A stretch of 64,000 nucleotides of DNA from Candidatus Pelearchaeum maunauluense. Its GTDB lineage: Archaea; Thermoproteota; Nitrososphaeria_A; Caldarchaeales; Caldarchaeaceae. The notes under the pieces were generated by a model. That model saw only the letters and a list, made by a program, of their open reading frames with translations, ran no database searches and was not told the origin of the DNA. Both the position numbers and the translations under genes were made by a program. The stretch lies in contig JANVYQ010000004.1 of assembly GCA_030059675.1 (NCBI GenBank), positions 32,001 to 96,000 of the forward strand, given 5' to 3'. Below are positions 20,208 to 30,262 of this stretch, piece after piece (the first letter of the stretch is position 1; each line of letters opens with the position of its first letter).

Positions 20208-20742
20208 ACACTTCTCGATGCTTATGCTTTAGGTAGAGGAGAGCCGCTATGGTCTTTGCATCAATTATCTCTCCCTTCTCAATCATAGCCAACGCCTCCT
20301 CTACTCTAGCCTTTAGCAGGGTTATATGCTCATCAACGTCGGGGCTGGCTGTTGAGCGCTCAAGCTCATAAGCGATGAAAAGATGGATTCTCTCGGTGCT
20401 ATATCCAGGAGCTAGAAAGAATTCTGTAATCTTCTCAATCTTGCCAGCCTTATAGCCTGTTTCCTCCTCAAGCTCCCTCATCGCGCAGTTTTCTGGTGAT
20501 TCTCCTTCCTCTAGGGTGCCTGCGGGAATCTCAACTAGGTATCTCCCCGCTGGGTATCTGAACTGCCTGACTAGGAGAAGCTCGCCAGCGCCGGTCATAG
20601 CTATTATAGCGACAGCCCCAGGATGAACCACAACCTCCCTAACATACTCACGAGAGCCGTGGCGAACTCTATCGCGGACAACGCTAAACACCCTACCGCG
20701 GAATACAACCTCAGAAGATATCGTCTCCTCAGGCTTATCCAT
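20197..20742 (-). CDS. NUDIX hydrolase (ADP-ribose pyrophosphatase-like)
   Basis: Nudix box EIPAGTLEEGESPENCAMRELEEETG; HPGAV, QFRYP, DAKT. Confidence 0.92.
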   Translation of the reverse strand: MDKPEETISSEVVFRGRVFSVVRDRVRHGSREYVREVVVHPGAVAIIAMTGAGELLLVRQFRYPAGRYLVEIPAGTLEEGESPENCAMRELEEETGYKAGKIEKITEFFLAPGYSTERIHLFIAYELERSTASPDVDEHITLLKARVEEALAMIEKGEIIDAKTIAALLYLKHKHREVFNV

Positions 20743-20785
20743 ACAGCCCAATCCATATAACCAGCTCTTATCCATATCTAGACAG

Positions 20786-21208
20786 GTGGAATACGGGTTG
20801 TCGTCACACGTGGATGAATGGCTGTCTCATACCCTCAGGCATATTAACGATAGCCTGCCTAGGCGGGTTGAGCGGCTCTCGCGCCTCCTAGAGATGGACG
20901 AGCCATACGTAGAAACTGTCGGAGGATGGAAACACTTCTTCAACAAGAAAGAACTCCAACAAATCAAGAAAATACTACCGGAAACAGTGGCCGAACGGCT
21001 CTACCTACCATTCGTTTTCGTAAAAAACCACGAATCAGAAGAACCCTTCTACATAATAAGAGAACACGGCTCAGAGGCCGAAGCCTTCAGAATGATCATG
21101 GGACTAGCCGAACTACCCAAAACAAGTGGAAAACCATATACATACAAAATACTGGTCGCAGAATTCTTGAATAGATTCCCCTCACTAGGCGTAATGGGCT
21201 ACATATGA
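20786..21208 (+). CDS. DUF61/UPF0216-like archaeal protein
   Basis: INDSLPRR...LSRLLEMDEPYVETVGG.KHFF.K.EL...LYLP pattern. Confidence 0.7.
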   Translation: MEYGLSSHVDEWLSHTLRHINDSLPRRVERLSRLLEMDEPYVETVGGWKHFFNKKELQQIKKILPETVAERLYLPFVFVKNHESEEPFYIIREHGSEAEAFRMIMGLAELPKTSGKPYTYKILVAEFLNRFPSLGVMGYI

Positions 21209-21210
21209 GG

Positions 21211-21285
21211 TGGGCCGGGCCGGATTTGAACCGGCGACCTCCCGGTTATCAGCCGAGCGCTCTAACCAAGCTGAGCCACCGGCCC
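21211..21285 (-). tRNA. tRNA-Ile(GAT)
   Basis: GGGCCGG acceptor, anticodon arm CTCGG-CTGATAA-CCGGG, T-arm GCCGG-TTCAAAT-CCGGC. Confidence 0.95.
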
Positions 21286-21467
21286 CGTTGCTCTATATCG
21301 CGTCCGAAAAGGGAGCGTATAAATCGTTTCCCGTCCCATTATCACCATCTTGTCCAAGGCTATCTATAGGGTTTGCTATTGCCGCTACAGAGTGGCATGA
21401 TTATATTGCTGTGAATACTTAATAGATAGTAGCCCGATTATGACGTGCGTCATGTGGAGTTTAATTT

Positions 21468-23641
21468 ATGGTTAGCAGAAATTATAGCAGGGAAGGACGA
21501 AGGCCCGCTAGGTGGGCCAAGCTCTTATTGGCAGTGGTTTTCGGTGTTACAATCTTAATAACGATAGGCCAGATAGTATCGTTCTGGTTTAACATTATAG
21601 AGTTTAGAGACCTTTTCGTAAGGCCTATATACTACTCGCTGGTAGTTGGCTTTATCCTATCGTTCATAGCCTTGTTTAGGCTGGATTTTAGAAATCGCCG
21701 TTCAGTAACTTGGTAGAGCGCGCGAGTGCTTCTGGGTTTTCTTAGAAGGGATGTGGAATCAGGTAGGGTTGAGCATGTAGATTTCGGCAAATACAAGCTT
21801 AGCCCAACGAGATTCATCATGTGGCAGCTTACCAAGCTCATCCTAGGTATCTTTCTATTCAGCAATCTCTTCTTCGGTCTCTCCATGGTGGGGATGTCCG
21901 CAGGATGGAATCCAGAGCTTGAAAAACTATGGGGAATATTCTTTCTACCCTTTACAACACCTTTGGAGATGAGCTATGCCCAGAACACGGTTAATCCCCT
22001 ACGTGGATTTCCAAGACTCGGATATTATACGCTTCAACGGCAGCCTCTACTGGAGCGCCTCAATGAAGCCAGTCTTACCCACGACAGTCCGCGCAGAAGA
22101 TAGATGGTATGCAGGGCATTTAGTCTATACCCACGTCCCCAACGGCTTCCTACTACTTGACGGCTATGCGGGTACGGTAATAGATACCTAGCTCTTCTTC
22201 AAGCAGCGGCGCATATACTATGGTGAAGGTGGCTTATTCCAAGAGACGTGGGCTGCATACCCAGTTGGCCGCGAAACCAGCGATGAGCTTGAAGGCTTCT
22301 TCTACACGGGCTCTGGGGGATAAGCATACAGCCACCCCTCAGCTGGGTTTTTGAGCCAAGTTTCCTACTATCCTATCCGGACAGGACTATCCACGCCCTA
22401 CGTTATCGCGATGTTTATGACAGAATGCAGCTCCTCTTCCCCTACTTCCTATACGAATTCGGAGGCCAGCGCATAGACATGCTCCCCGTAACAGACGGCT
22501 AGAATACTTACTGGATCATGCCACTCATGTTCGGGGTAGAAGCCAGCAACGTCCCCTGGAGCGGAGGAAACCCGATAATACGGCTAGTGGGATACGCGCT
22601 CATAGCACGTTCAACGGCGACATACAACTAATCATAACAGGAGACGACTTCTTCAGCAAGCTCTTCAAAACAGTCTATTCAGACTATGTTGCAACAGAGA
22701 TACCTGAATGGCTTGGAAGCCAGCTGCGCTATCCAGAGGAGCTGTTCAACTGGCGGGTCTATATGTTTGGGTTCCTTCCATGTAACCGACCCCAGCACAT
22801 TCATAGCGGCCAAGGAGTTTTATGAGGTTCCGCGTGGTTTATCGCCATACTACATAATAGCCCAGCCTCCCCTGCTTGATAAGCCTGAATTCGTCGGGCT
22901 ACTATCGCTAGAGCTACGCGGTGCCGCTGGTAAAAATCTTGCTGGATACATGATTGTGCGGAACGATGAGCCGAACTTTGGAGAACTAATCTTCTACGAG
23001 GTGGCTCTTGACTCGCCTACCAAATTCCTAGGCCCAAGCGCGGTCTTAGAGGCTCTAGAGAGAAATCCAGACTTTACTACGCTGAGAACATTATTGAGAA
23101 ACCCACGAATAGGAGATAACATACTTTACAGGATAGGAGACTACGTGTTTATTTCATCCCCGTGTACACAGCTGGTGCTGGCGGGGTTGTGGCAGAGCTG
23201 GGCGCGATAGCTGCCGTAGGCGCCACATTCACAGGAGAATACTACGTTGGTCTTGGGAAAGGAAACTCTCCAGAGGAAGGTTTTAGAGCCTTTCTGATAA
23301 AACTCGGAGGAGTAGAGGAGATTCAGCCAAAACCCGGGCTGGGACGCGAGGAGAGGATAAAGAGGATGGAATCACTGATAGAGGATTCTGGATTGCAGAT
23401 AGCAAGGCCAACTAAGGTGGCTGCCCTATTCACATACATGGAGGGCTCAGCTAACTTCATAACGGAAGACGACTGGGAAGACGTCAAAGCGCTTCTCAAC
23501 TCATTCCTAGAGGAATGGGGAACGGCCAACAACATAAATAGAGTAATCGTATGGGCCGAAGGTGATTCAATAAACTTTGGAATAGCCATAGTTGTTGATG
23601 GAATAGCAGAACTCCACTACATAAGCATCAACTTCGGATAG
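21468..23641 (+). pseudogene. UPF0182-family membrane protein, heavily disrupted
   Basis: Fragments in different frames carry WYAGHLVYTH, RIYYGEGG, YRDVYDRM, FHVTDP and PYYIIA. In-frame TAGs at 21714, 22189 and 22500, plus several frameshifts. Confidence 0.85.
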
Positions 23642-23647
23642 GCATAA

Positions 23648-23722
23648 CGGGCCCGGTGGGACTTGAACCCACGACCTTCGGCTCCGGAGGCCGACGCCCT
23701 ATCCATTCTAGGCTACGGGCCC
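23648..23722 (-). tRNA. tRNA-Arg(CCG)
   Basis: GGGCCCG acceptor, anticodon arm TCGGC-CTCCGGA-GCCGA, T-arm GTGGG-TTCAAGT-CCCAC. Confidence 0.95.
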
Positions 23723-23790
23723 TCCTCGAGAAGGGAGTTTCCAGCGTTTTCTAGTCTTATGGTGTGATAAAAACTTGTAATATGAGCGTT

Positions 23791-24149
23791 TCATGACCTT
23801 ATGCTATTCTTTAACTCACTTACCTTCTCAAACAGTCTGGTTATAGTTTCCTGTGGTGTGTGGGGCTTTAAGCCTACTGCTATCACTATATCTCTGGCGG
23901 GGAAGAGTATGGCCTGTCCTTTTGAGAAGCTAAACCAAAAGAAGCGTGCCTCACCGTATCTCTCCTCAAGTTTTTCCACCGTGCCGCGCATTATTATAGT
24001 AAGAAATCATGAAGTGCTCCGTAGGTGTTTCTGAAGTTATAGGTATTCGAGACTCAGCCGCCACAGTCTCGCCCTTAGGATAAGTGATTATTGCGGCAAC
24101 ATCAATATCACTGCCTACATGCAGCAGTTCGTTACATACTGTTTTCCAA
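23791..24149 (-). pseudogene. Frameshifted roadblock/profilin-like sensor protein
   Basis: Joined frames read TVCNELLHVGSDIDVAAIITYPKGETV...IIMRGTVEKLEERYGEARFFWFSFSKGQAILFPARDIVIAVGL; shifts near 24145 and 24004. Confidence 0.5.
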
Positions 24150-24189
24150 GCTCCTTACCAACCACGGCCAGACCAAGTTGTTTAATCAC

Positions 24190-24445
24190 TTTATTGGTTT
24201 TAGACTTTAACGGTGAACATAGTTTTGTTGACGTGAGGTTTACCTCGGTTAAAATCCATAGCTTCTTGAATAGTCTGTCAAAAAATTCTTCACGCGCCTC
24301 CTCTCTAACGGCTACAACAACATCCCACGTCATAGGGCCCCCATATCAGGTATGCCTCCTTTACTATGTTTGAGCCGCGTACTGCTTAGAGCGCTTCTAG
24401 TAAGCCGCTGCGCGTACCAACCGTAGCTAGTACAAACGCCTTCAT
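24190..24445 (-). pseudogene. Lrp/AsnC ligand-binding (demi-FFRP) remnant
   Basis: MKAFVLATV..., an internal TAA, then EAYLIWGPYD and VVVAVREE...EVNLTST in shifted frames. Confidence 0.6.
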
Positions 24446-24688
24446 GAATGTCCTAACATATGTGGGCTGGTATGATTTAAGACTTCAGCGCCGATTATCT
24501 TTTTAGTCTAGGCGAATATGTTGGACGAGAAATATGTACTAATGGATACACTTTGGTTAATTTTTCTATAAATCGCATACCCCTCAATACTGAACGGTGT
24601 AGTATATCTGGGATTTACGCGTATGATTTTAAACCTCTCGGAATCGCGAGATTTTTTAACATGCTCTACATCTCTATCAGTCTTGAAT

Positions 24689-25417
24689 ATGCCATTGACA
24701 AAATCACGCCAGCAAAATGTTGATACTTCCACAAGCCTTTTCGTGGTTGAGCTTTTAAAGCTTATGAAGTCAAGGTATGATTATCGCGAGCTTTCCAAGA
24801 TAACTGGATTACCCATATCCACCCTAACTAGGTATGTAACTAACAAGACCCTGCCACGCGGAGCTAAGACGCGCGAGCTACTAAACCGTTTGATAGAAGA
24901 CTTGGATATACCCTCCATGGTCAGGGAGAGAATACGGATGAATAACGGATTTGTTGATATAACACCGGTCATTACTGATGGCTCTTTGCTTAAACTCATA
25001 ACCTTACACGCTGTTCATGGTTTTGCTGGCTCTAAGATTACTGGAGTAATATCGTTGGATGAGGCTGGAATACCGATAGCAACATGCATAGGCCTTATGA
25101 TGGATAGAAAGATATTCTACGTGAGTGATAAGCTTGTGTGGGATGCTGATGAGGCTTTGCAGCTCACTTACTACGTAAAGGAGGCGGCCGAATATAAGTC
25201 GGTTTGGCTCCCACGCAGCGCAATAAACAAAAAAGAGAATCTTCTCGCTGTTGTTGGTGTTCTCAAGCAGCCTGCCCTGATAAGAGAACTTAACTCCAGG
25301 ATTATAGAGGCTGGAGGAACTATCTCAGGTCTCTTCAGCGTAGTAGCCCTTGAGAATGCCTTAGCAGAGCTCAGTCTGGTCTCGGCTGGTAGGAGAATAA
25401 GCTTACTTACAGTCTAG
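24689..25417 (+). CDS. HTH + PRTase-fold protein (archaeal PurR-like regulator)
   Basis: VELLKLMKSRYDYRELSKITGLPISTLTRYVTNKTLP HTH, followed by a degenerate PRT domain that lacks the DD loop. Confidence 0.8.
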   Translation: MPLTKSRQQNVDTSTSLFVVELLKLMKSRYDYRELSKITGLPISTLTRYVTNKTLPRGAKTRELLNRLIEDLDIPSMVRERIRMNNGFVDITPVITDGSLLKLITLHAVHGFAGSKITGVISLDEAGIPIATCIGLMMDRKIFYVSDKLVWDADEALQLTYYVKEAAEYKSVWLPRSAINKKENLLAVVGVLKQPALIRELNSRIIEAGGTISGLFSVVALENALAELSLVSAGRRISLLTV

Positions 25418-25749
25418 GCATATTCACGCCACGTATGATTGCAGCGGACACATCTAAAGAACTGCGTCATAGGCTCGTCTGCTGAGCGAGTCTGAACTGA
25501 CCACCAGTAAGCCTCGTTATGGCCGCATTCTGGGCAAATTACGTCAGATGTGGTTGGTAAAACCTTCTCGTTAGAATTCTCACTAACCACAACTACATCG
25601 TTTCTTTCCTTCTTGCTGCTGGATTTGGAGACAATCTGTAGCTGTGCCTCAAGGGGTTTGACATATCCGCATTTCCTGCATGTTAAAACTACTTGTCCCT
25701 CCTTCTTTGATGGTGAGAGAACCTTACCACAGTTGGGACAGAACTCCAT
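25414..25749 (-). CDS. tfs: Transcription factor S (RpoM/TFS)
   Basis: MEFCPNCG...CRKCG; CPECGHNEAYWWSVQTRSADEPMTQFFRCVRC. Confidence 0.96.
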   Translation of the reverse strand: MEFCPNCGKVLSPSKKEGQVVLTCRKCGYVKPLEAQLQIVSKSSSKKERNDVVVVSENSNEKVLPTTSDVICPECGHNEAYWWSVQTRSADEPMTQFFRCVRCNHTWREYA

Positions 25750-25828
25750 TACTCAGCCACCCGACCTTGCTATTCCTATAGCTCACGGCTCAGCGTTCAA
25801 AGCCTCATTTAAACATTTGCAACAGCAA

Positions 25829-26101
25829 CTATAGTTTTTGTACTTCCTCTTGAATACTCGCCACAAAGTCGCGAAGGTTCTTAAGCGCGTCAAGCACGGC
25901 CCTACGCGCTGTTGGCTTTCCACGCGTCTTAACGGTGAGCGTTATGTCTCCCGTAAGTGGATGTTCAATTCTATAACCAGCATACTCTACGCCGTCTATT
26001 CTGTTAATATACTCTGATAATGAGTCTATTATTGAAGCATCCTCCTCTTGTATCAGCAGCTCTATAAAATCATCCCTCTCCTGCACTATCCGCATCTTCA
26101 T
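25829..26101 (-). CDS. rpoL: RNA polymerase subunit Rpo11 (RpoL)
   Basis: GVEYAGYRIEHPL motif; conserved csl4-rpoL-tfs order. Confidence 0.92.
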   Translation of the reverse strand: MKMRIVQERDDFIELLIQEEDASIIDSLSEYINRIDGVEYAGYRIEHPLTGDITLTVKTRGKPTARRAVLDALKNLRDFVASIQEEVQKL

Positions 26102-26673
26102 ACTCCCCACCCCATAATCTGGAACAATTTATTGATATTTCCATAGTCATGTGTTATTCTCCTGCTTTCCTTCCTACCGCATCTAGAGCATACTAGAGAG
26201 TTGCCCTTAAGGAGCAGCGTTGCCCTACAGTAGCTGCACATAGCGAGAATTACCCCGCAGCTAGGGGCATAAATATCAAGCGTATACATTCCGTTTAATA
26301 TGTTTGACACTAAGGCTATTATTATGTCGCCTATTCCTATAGCGTTGTCTAGCGGCTCGCCCTTCTTACTTACCACTACCGCTGTGCGGCGATACTTTAA
26401 TGGGCCTGAGTTGGGCTTGGCTATTATTTGAACCACCGCTATCTTGTCTTGCAGGTCCTTAACCTCCGCGACCACGTGCTCGCCTTTTCTTACGTTCTCT
26501 ACTTTCTTGAACGGGCTTACCAGTACTTCCCGCTTCTTGAAGTCAAAGCTCGGCTTACCTACGTAGATCGAGTATATGCTTCCGTCGTTGGATGCTTTAG
26601 TCCCCTTACCTGGGAAGAATTCCTCTATTATGCAGAGCGGCTCTCCAGGAACCACCACCTCCTCACGCTTCAT
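26098..26673 (-). CDS. csl4: Exosome RNA-binding subunit Csl4
   Basis: VVPGEPLCIIEEFFPG, S1-like centre, GVILAMCSYC...CSRCGRKESR Zn ribbon. Confidence 0.92.
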   Translation of the reverse strand: MKREEVVVPGEPLCIIEEFFPGKGTKASNDGSIYSIYVGKPSFDFKKREVLVSPFKKVENVRKGEHVVAEVKDLQDKIAVVQIIAKPNSGPLKYRRTAVVVSKKGEPLDNAIGIGDIIIALVSNILNGMYTLDIYAPSCGVILAMCSYCRATLLLKGNSLVCSRCGRKESRRITHDYGNINKLFQIMGWGV

Positions 26674-27776
26674 ACTATGCCTACCTCCTCTCTCTCGCTA
26701 CGGCTAGCATTCAGAATTTTCCAGAATATATTAGAAGCCTCGCCTGACCAGCCCCAGGGAAGCATCAGCAATCCCTTATTTATTATATCTTCCCAGCTAA
26801 GCAGCCTAAGGGCGGCCAAACACTCGGCAGGAAGCAGCACGGGCTTAGCGTACCTGGCTTGGTCTTCAACGCTTATTCTGGGACAGGCGGTATTAACATA
26901 AGCCTCAAAGGGGTATTCCGTGATTAGCTTATCGTCAATCTCGTCAGTTGCTATGATTGTTGCGTGCTTTCCATTATCGCGTAGAACATGCGCTAGTAAG
27001 ACCGCAAGCCCGCTCCTCATCTGGCCTGGCTTAGTGCTGACTACAACCCCGACCTTAGAAGCTTCGGCGAACTTCTGTATATTGGCATATCGCTGCATCA
27101 ATATACGCCTTCTATAGTCGCCCAGCTCTTTGACTGTCTGGGTTATCGGGTCTACAGCATAGGTGGTCTTTGATGATATTAGGGCTATGCCTAAGGCGTG
27201 GAATATACTCCCCAAAACTATGAACGCATCAACATCGGCCTCAAGCTGCTTTAATCCAGAATAGTCGCATCCAAGAACCTGCGCATTATGCATGGCGAAC
27301 ATGCTGGGTTTTGCTATGCGGGTTGATATTCCATTATCCTCAAGATAGCTGGCCAGTAGCGTTATGTGGTCTAGCCACTGGACGCTTGCTCCTAAGCCTA
27401 TTACGCTCACTCCCTTGAGTGCTTCGCGTATCTTTGGAAGCATGTTCATGAGAGGTGATGGGTCTGCGTATCTGCACTCTACGTATACTGTGGGTATTTT
27501 GTCTCTGCGCATGAATGGTGAGTGTCCTAGGTGTAGTATGGCGTCTGCCTTAACCTGCTCCGCCTCGGAGTACGCTATATCGCATCCTCCCCAGCACGCG
27601 GAGTTGGAGAGGACTGGGGTAAAGCCTCTATCGGCCAAAAGGACTGCAAGCTTGGCCGCTATTCCCCTGAAGCCCAGCGGCGCCTGGATAAGCACCCTAC
27701 GAGCAGAAAATACCCTAAGCTTATCCAATACCTGGCTTATGTCAATCTTATAAGGCCCGTGATAAAGCTCCTCCAT
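26670..27776 (-). CDS. dph2: Diphthamide biosynthesis enzyme Dph2
   Basis: CWGGCD, HLGHS, QVLGCD, STKPGQ, VNTACPRI (three Fe-S cysteines). Confidence 0.94.
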   Translation of the reverse strand: MEELYHGPYKIDISQVLDKLRVFSARRVLIQAPLGFRGIAAKLAVLLADRGFTPVLSNSACWGGCDIAYSEAEQVKADAILHLGHSPFMRRDKIPTVYVECRYADPSPLMNMLPKIREALKGVSVIGLGASVQWLDHITLLASYLEDNGISTRIAKPSMFAMHNAQVLGCDYSGLKQLEADVDAFIVLGSIFHALGIALISSKTTYAVDPITQTVKELGDYRRRILMQRYANIQKFAEASKVGVVVSTKPGQMRSGLAVLLAHVLRDNGKHATIIATDEIDDKLITEYPFEAYVNTACPRISVEDQARYAKPVLLPAECLAALRLLSWEDIINKGLLMLPWGWSGEASNIFWKILNASRSEREEVGIV

Positions 27777-27877
27777 GCCCAATCAACTACAATTCCGCTT
27801 CCTGCTACCTATTTCCACTAACAGGCTCTATTTAGTGTTGTGAAGTTTTTTAGGCAACGGAATTACCTCGTCTAGGG

Positions 27878-29155
27878 ATGCCTGACTACGATATCCTGGT
27901 TATTGGGTCTGGGATTTTGGGTCTTACAACTGCTTTCTACGCGAAGAAGCAGAATCCAAAGCTTAGTGTTGCTGTTATTGACCGTGAGCGCGGGGCTGGT
28001 CAGGGAAATACGGCCAGGAGCGTGGGTGGTTATAGGAGGGGGATATTCACCTCGCATGTCAATAGAATACTGGCCGAGACATCAATAGACTTCTACAGAA
28101 AGATGGAGAGGGATGGGGAGTATAGCTTTGGAATGCGCGAGCTGGGCTACCTAATACTACTCACGAAGTCCAGGTATAACTCAATAGGCGGTTATCTAGC
28201 CCCCATACTAAAGGCTGGTAAAGCTAGGCTCCTTGATAGTAGAGAGCTTAGCAGTGTTCTAGGGATGGTTACCTCGTTTGAAGGTGATGAGGAGGCGGAG
28301 CTGCTGGAGCTTGAGGATATAGAGTATGGTTTGTTTGCTCATGAATGCGGCCAGCTAGATGTTGAGAAGCTTGTCTCATTCTATTTTGAGAAGTGCAAAG
28401 AGCAAGGTGTTGAGTTTATCTTTGGCAAGAATGTTGAACGCCTTACATTAGTGCCTAAGAAGCCGTTGGGGATACCCAACGAGCCGCGCGTGTGGCAGGG
28501 AAAGGCTATAGGGGGAGTTGAGACCGATTCTGGGAAGATAACGGCGCAGCAGGTTGTGGTCGCTGCTGGGGTATGGTCTCCTCACCTTCTAGACCCGCTG
28601 GGCGTTGATTGCTTCGTAAAAGCTAAGAAACGTCAGCTCGCTGTGGTGAGGGCGTCCAGCAACGAGCTAGCCGCGTTGCTCCATAGAGGAGGGCTAAATA
28701 AGCTGGGAACGCCTCCCATGATGTTCTTCCCAAAAGGGCTTTACCTAGTTCCACGCGAATCTGAGGGATGTTTCTGGGTTGGCCTGACAGATGATATAGG
28801 GAGGGCGTTTGAGATAGATATGACACCTGAAGAGAGGTTTTACTACGACAACGCGCAGCCTATGCTGGCTAAATACTTCCCAGAGTTCAGTGCAGCTAGG
28901 CCAGAGAGCATGTGGGCAGGTTGCTACTCTATGAATATGCTTGACGGGAATCCGATAATCTTCAGATTCCTAAACTGCGTCGTAGTTACAGGCGCTAGCG
29001 GGAGCGGCGCCATGAAGGCAGACGCGATAGGGAGGATTGCCTCAGCGCTGCTGATGAACAAGAGTGTTGCAGTTCTACATGGGGGCATACCATTTGACGT
29101 TAGTATTCTCGGTGTAGAGAATAGGCAGGTGGATAAAGAGTATCTAATTCTCTAG
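27878..29155 (+). CDS. FAD-dependent oxidoreductase, DAO/sarcosine oxidase beta-like
   Basis: YDILVIGSGILG, GNTARSVG, VVVAAGVWS, WAGCYS...DGNPII, GASGSGAMKA. Confidence 0.88.
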   Translation: MPDYDILVIGSGILGLTTAFYAKKQNPKLSVAVIDRERGAGQGNTARSVGGYRRGIFTSHVNRILAETSIDFYRKMERDGEYSFGMRELGYLILLTKSRYNSIGGYLAPILKAGKARLLDSRELSSVLGMVTSFEGDEEAELLELEDIEYGLFAHECGQLDVEKLVSFYFEKCKEQGVEFIFGKNVERLTLVPKKPLGIPNEPRVWQGKAIGGVETDSGKITAQQVVVAAGVWSPHLLDPLGVDCFVKAKKRQLAVVRASSNELAALLHRGGLNKLGTPPMMFFPKGLYLVPRESEGCFWVGLTDDIGRAFEIDMTPEERFYYDNAQPMLAKYFPEFSAARPESMWAGCYSMNMLDGNPIIFRFLNCVVVTGASGSGAMKADAIGRIASALLMNKSVAVLHGGIPFDVSILGVENRQVDKEYLIL

Positions 29156-29701
29156 ATGATTTTACGTCGTCTGAGAATCCATAGCGTTACCACAGCTCCT
29201 GCGTTGCTTATCAGTATGTTTCCAGCCATTGTGGCGAGCCATATGAGTATGATGACTGAGAGAGGTGCTTCTATTATTCCTAGTGCTGTGAGTATGGAGA
29301 GCGCAACTATAGACTCGGATATGCTACTAAAGGATGTTGCGAGGAGTATTCTTCCTCTTTTTCTGCTGTTCTTAACATAAGCGCCGCCTACTCTACATGC
29401 CATATCATATGCTACTCCAGCAGCTAGCGATGCTAGGGGTAGGTAAGGTGCTGGGGCTGGTATAGTTACCAGCATTATGACCCCAGCTATCGCGCCCATC
29501 ATGGTGGCGCTCTAGGTTCTACCCGCATAAGCCGCGGCTGAGCTCATGAGGAAACCACGTAGAAAATGCGCTGGGTAGCCCCTGAGTAGAGGTTCTAAAG
29601 CATTATCAACCAACACGCCGCCCACCACATATAGGGCTGAGAGAAGCCCTATGACCGCTACGGATTTTGATGCGGGGACGGTAACAGTGCGGGGGTTGCA
29701 T
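29152..29701 (-). pseudogene. Membrane protein (ECF S-component-like), disrupted
   Basis: ATG 29701 is followed by a frameshift in a C5 run, then SKSVAVIGLLSALYVVGG...GRT, an in-frame TAG at 29512-29514, and SATMMGAIAGVI.... Confidence 0.65.
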
Positions 29702-29791
29702 GTTTAGGATTCCCCATTACAATATATTAAGTTTTTAATGTATCGTGAAGAAGAACAACATCATATAAGTCCTCACAGTTCTACTGCTGGT

Positions 29792-30238
29792 ATGTGCGTG
29801 TGGTATTTTGCATATGGCGCTAACCTTGATAGGGAGATGCTCCGCCGCATAATAGGCGGCTGGAGTAGCGAGAAGAAAGCATGGCTACGGGGCTTCAGCA
29901 TAAAGTTTGACGCATATTCAACGAGCTGGCGGGGAGGCGTCGCTGATATTGTGGAAGACCCCGATGGAATAGTTTACGGCGCAGTATATCAGTTAGAGGA
30001 GGAGCAGCTTAAGACTCTTGATAGGTATGAGGGAGTTCCCACGATGCACGCGAGGCGGATTGTGGTTGTTGAGACAGAAGAAGGCCAGCTTGAGGCCGTT
30101 ACCTACGTTGTCAGCAATCCCCGCGGGAGGGTTGCCCCCTCCCAGCAGTACCTCTCAAGCATGATACGCGGATTAAGGCAGCACGGATACGATGAGAGAG
30201 TGATAGCGCTGGTGAGGAAAGCCGCCATGAAGGGCTAA
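29792..30238 (+). CDS. Gamma-glutamylcyclotransferase (AIG2-like)
   Basis: YFAYGANL, GGVADIV, VYGAVY, LDRYEG, PSQQYL. Confidence 0.9.
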   Translation: MCVWYFAYGANLDREMLRRIIGGWSSEKKAWLRGFSIKFDAYSTSWRGGVADIVEDPDGIVYGAVYQLEEEQLKTLDRYEGVPTMHARRIVVVETEEGQLEAVTYVVSNPRGRVAPSQQYLSSMIRGLRQHGYDERVIALVRKAAMKG

Positions 30239-30262
30239 AGCCTTAAGAGCAAACATGTAGGC

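Noticed and set aside
21210-21422. ORFs overlapping tRNAs (21210-21422, 40370-40687)
   Set aside because: They are translations of tRNA sequence with no protein features.
21714-29514. Four in-frame TAG codons (21714, 22189, 22500, 29512) suggesting amber recoding or pyrrolysine
   Set aside because: The same genes also carry frameshifts, many intact genes here end in TAG, and no pyl genes or amber tRNA are present in the window. Decay is the simpler explanation.
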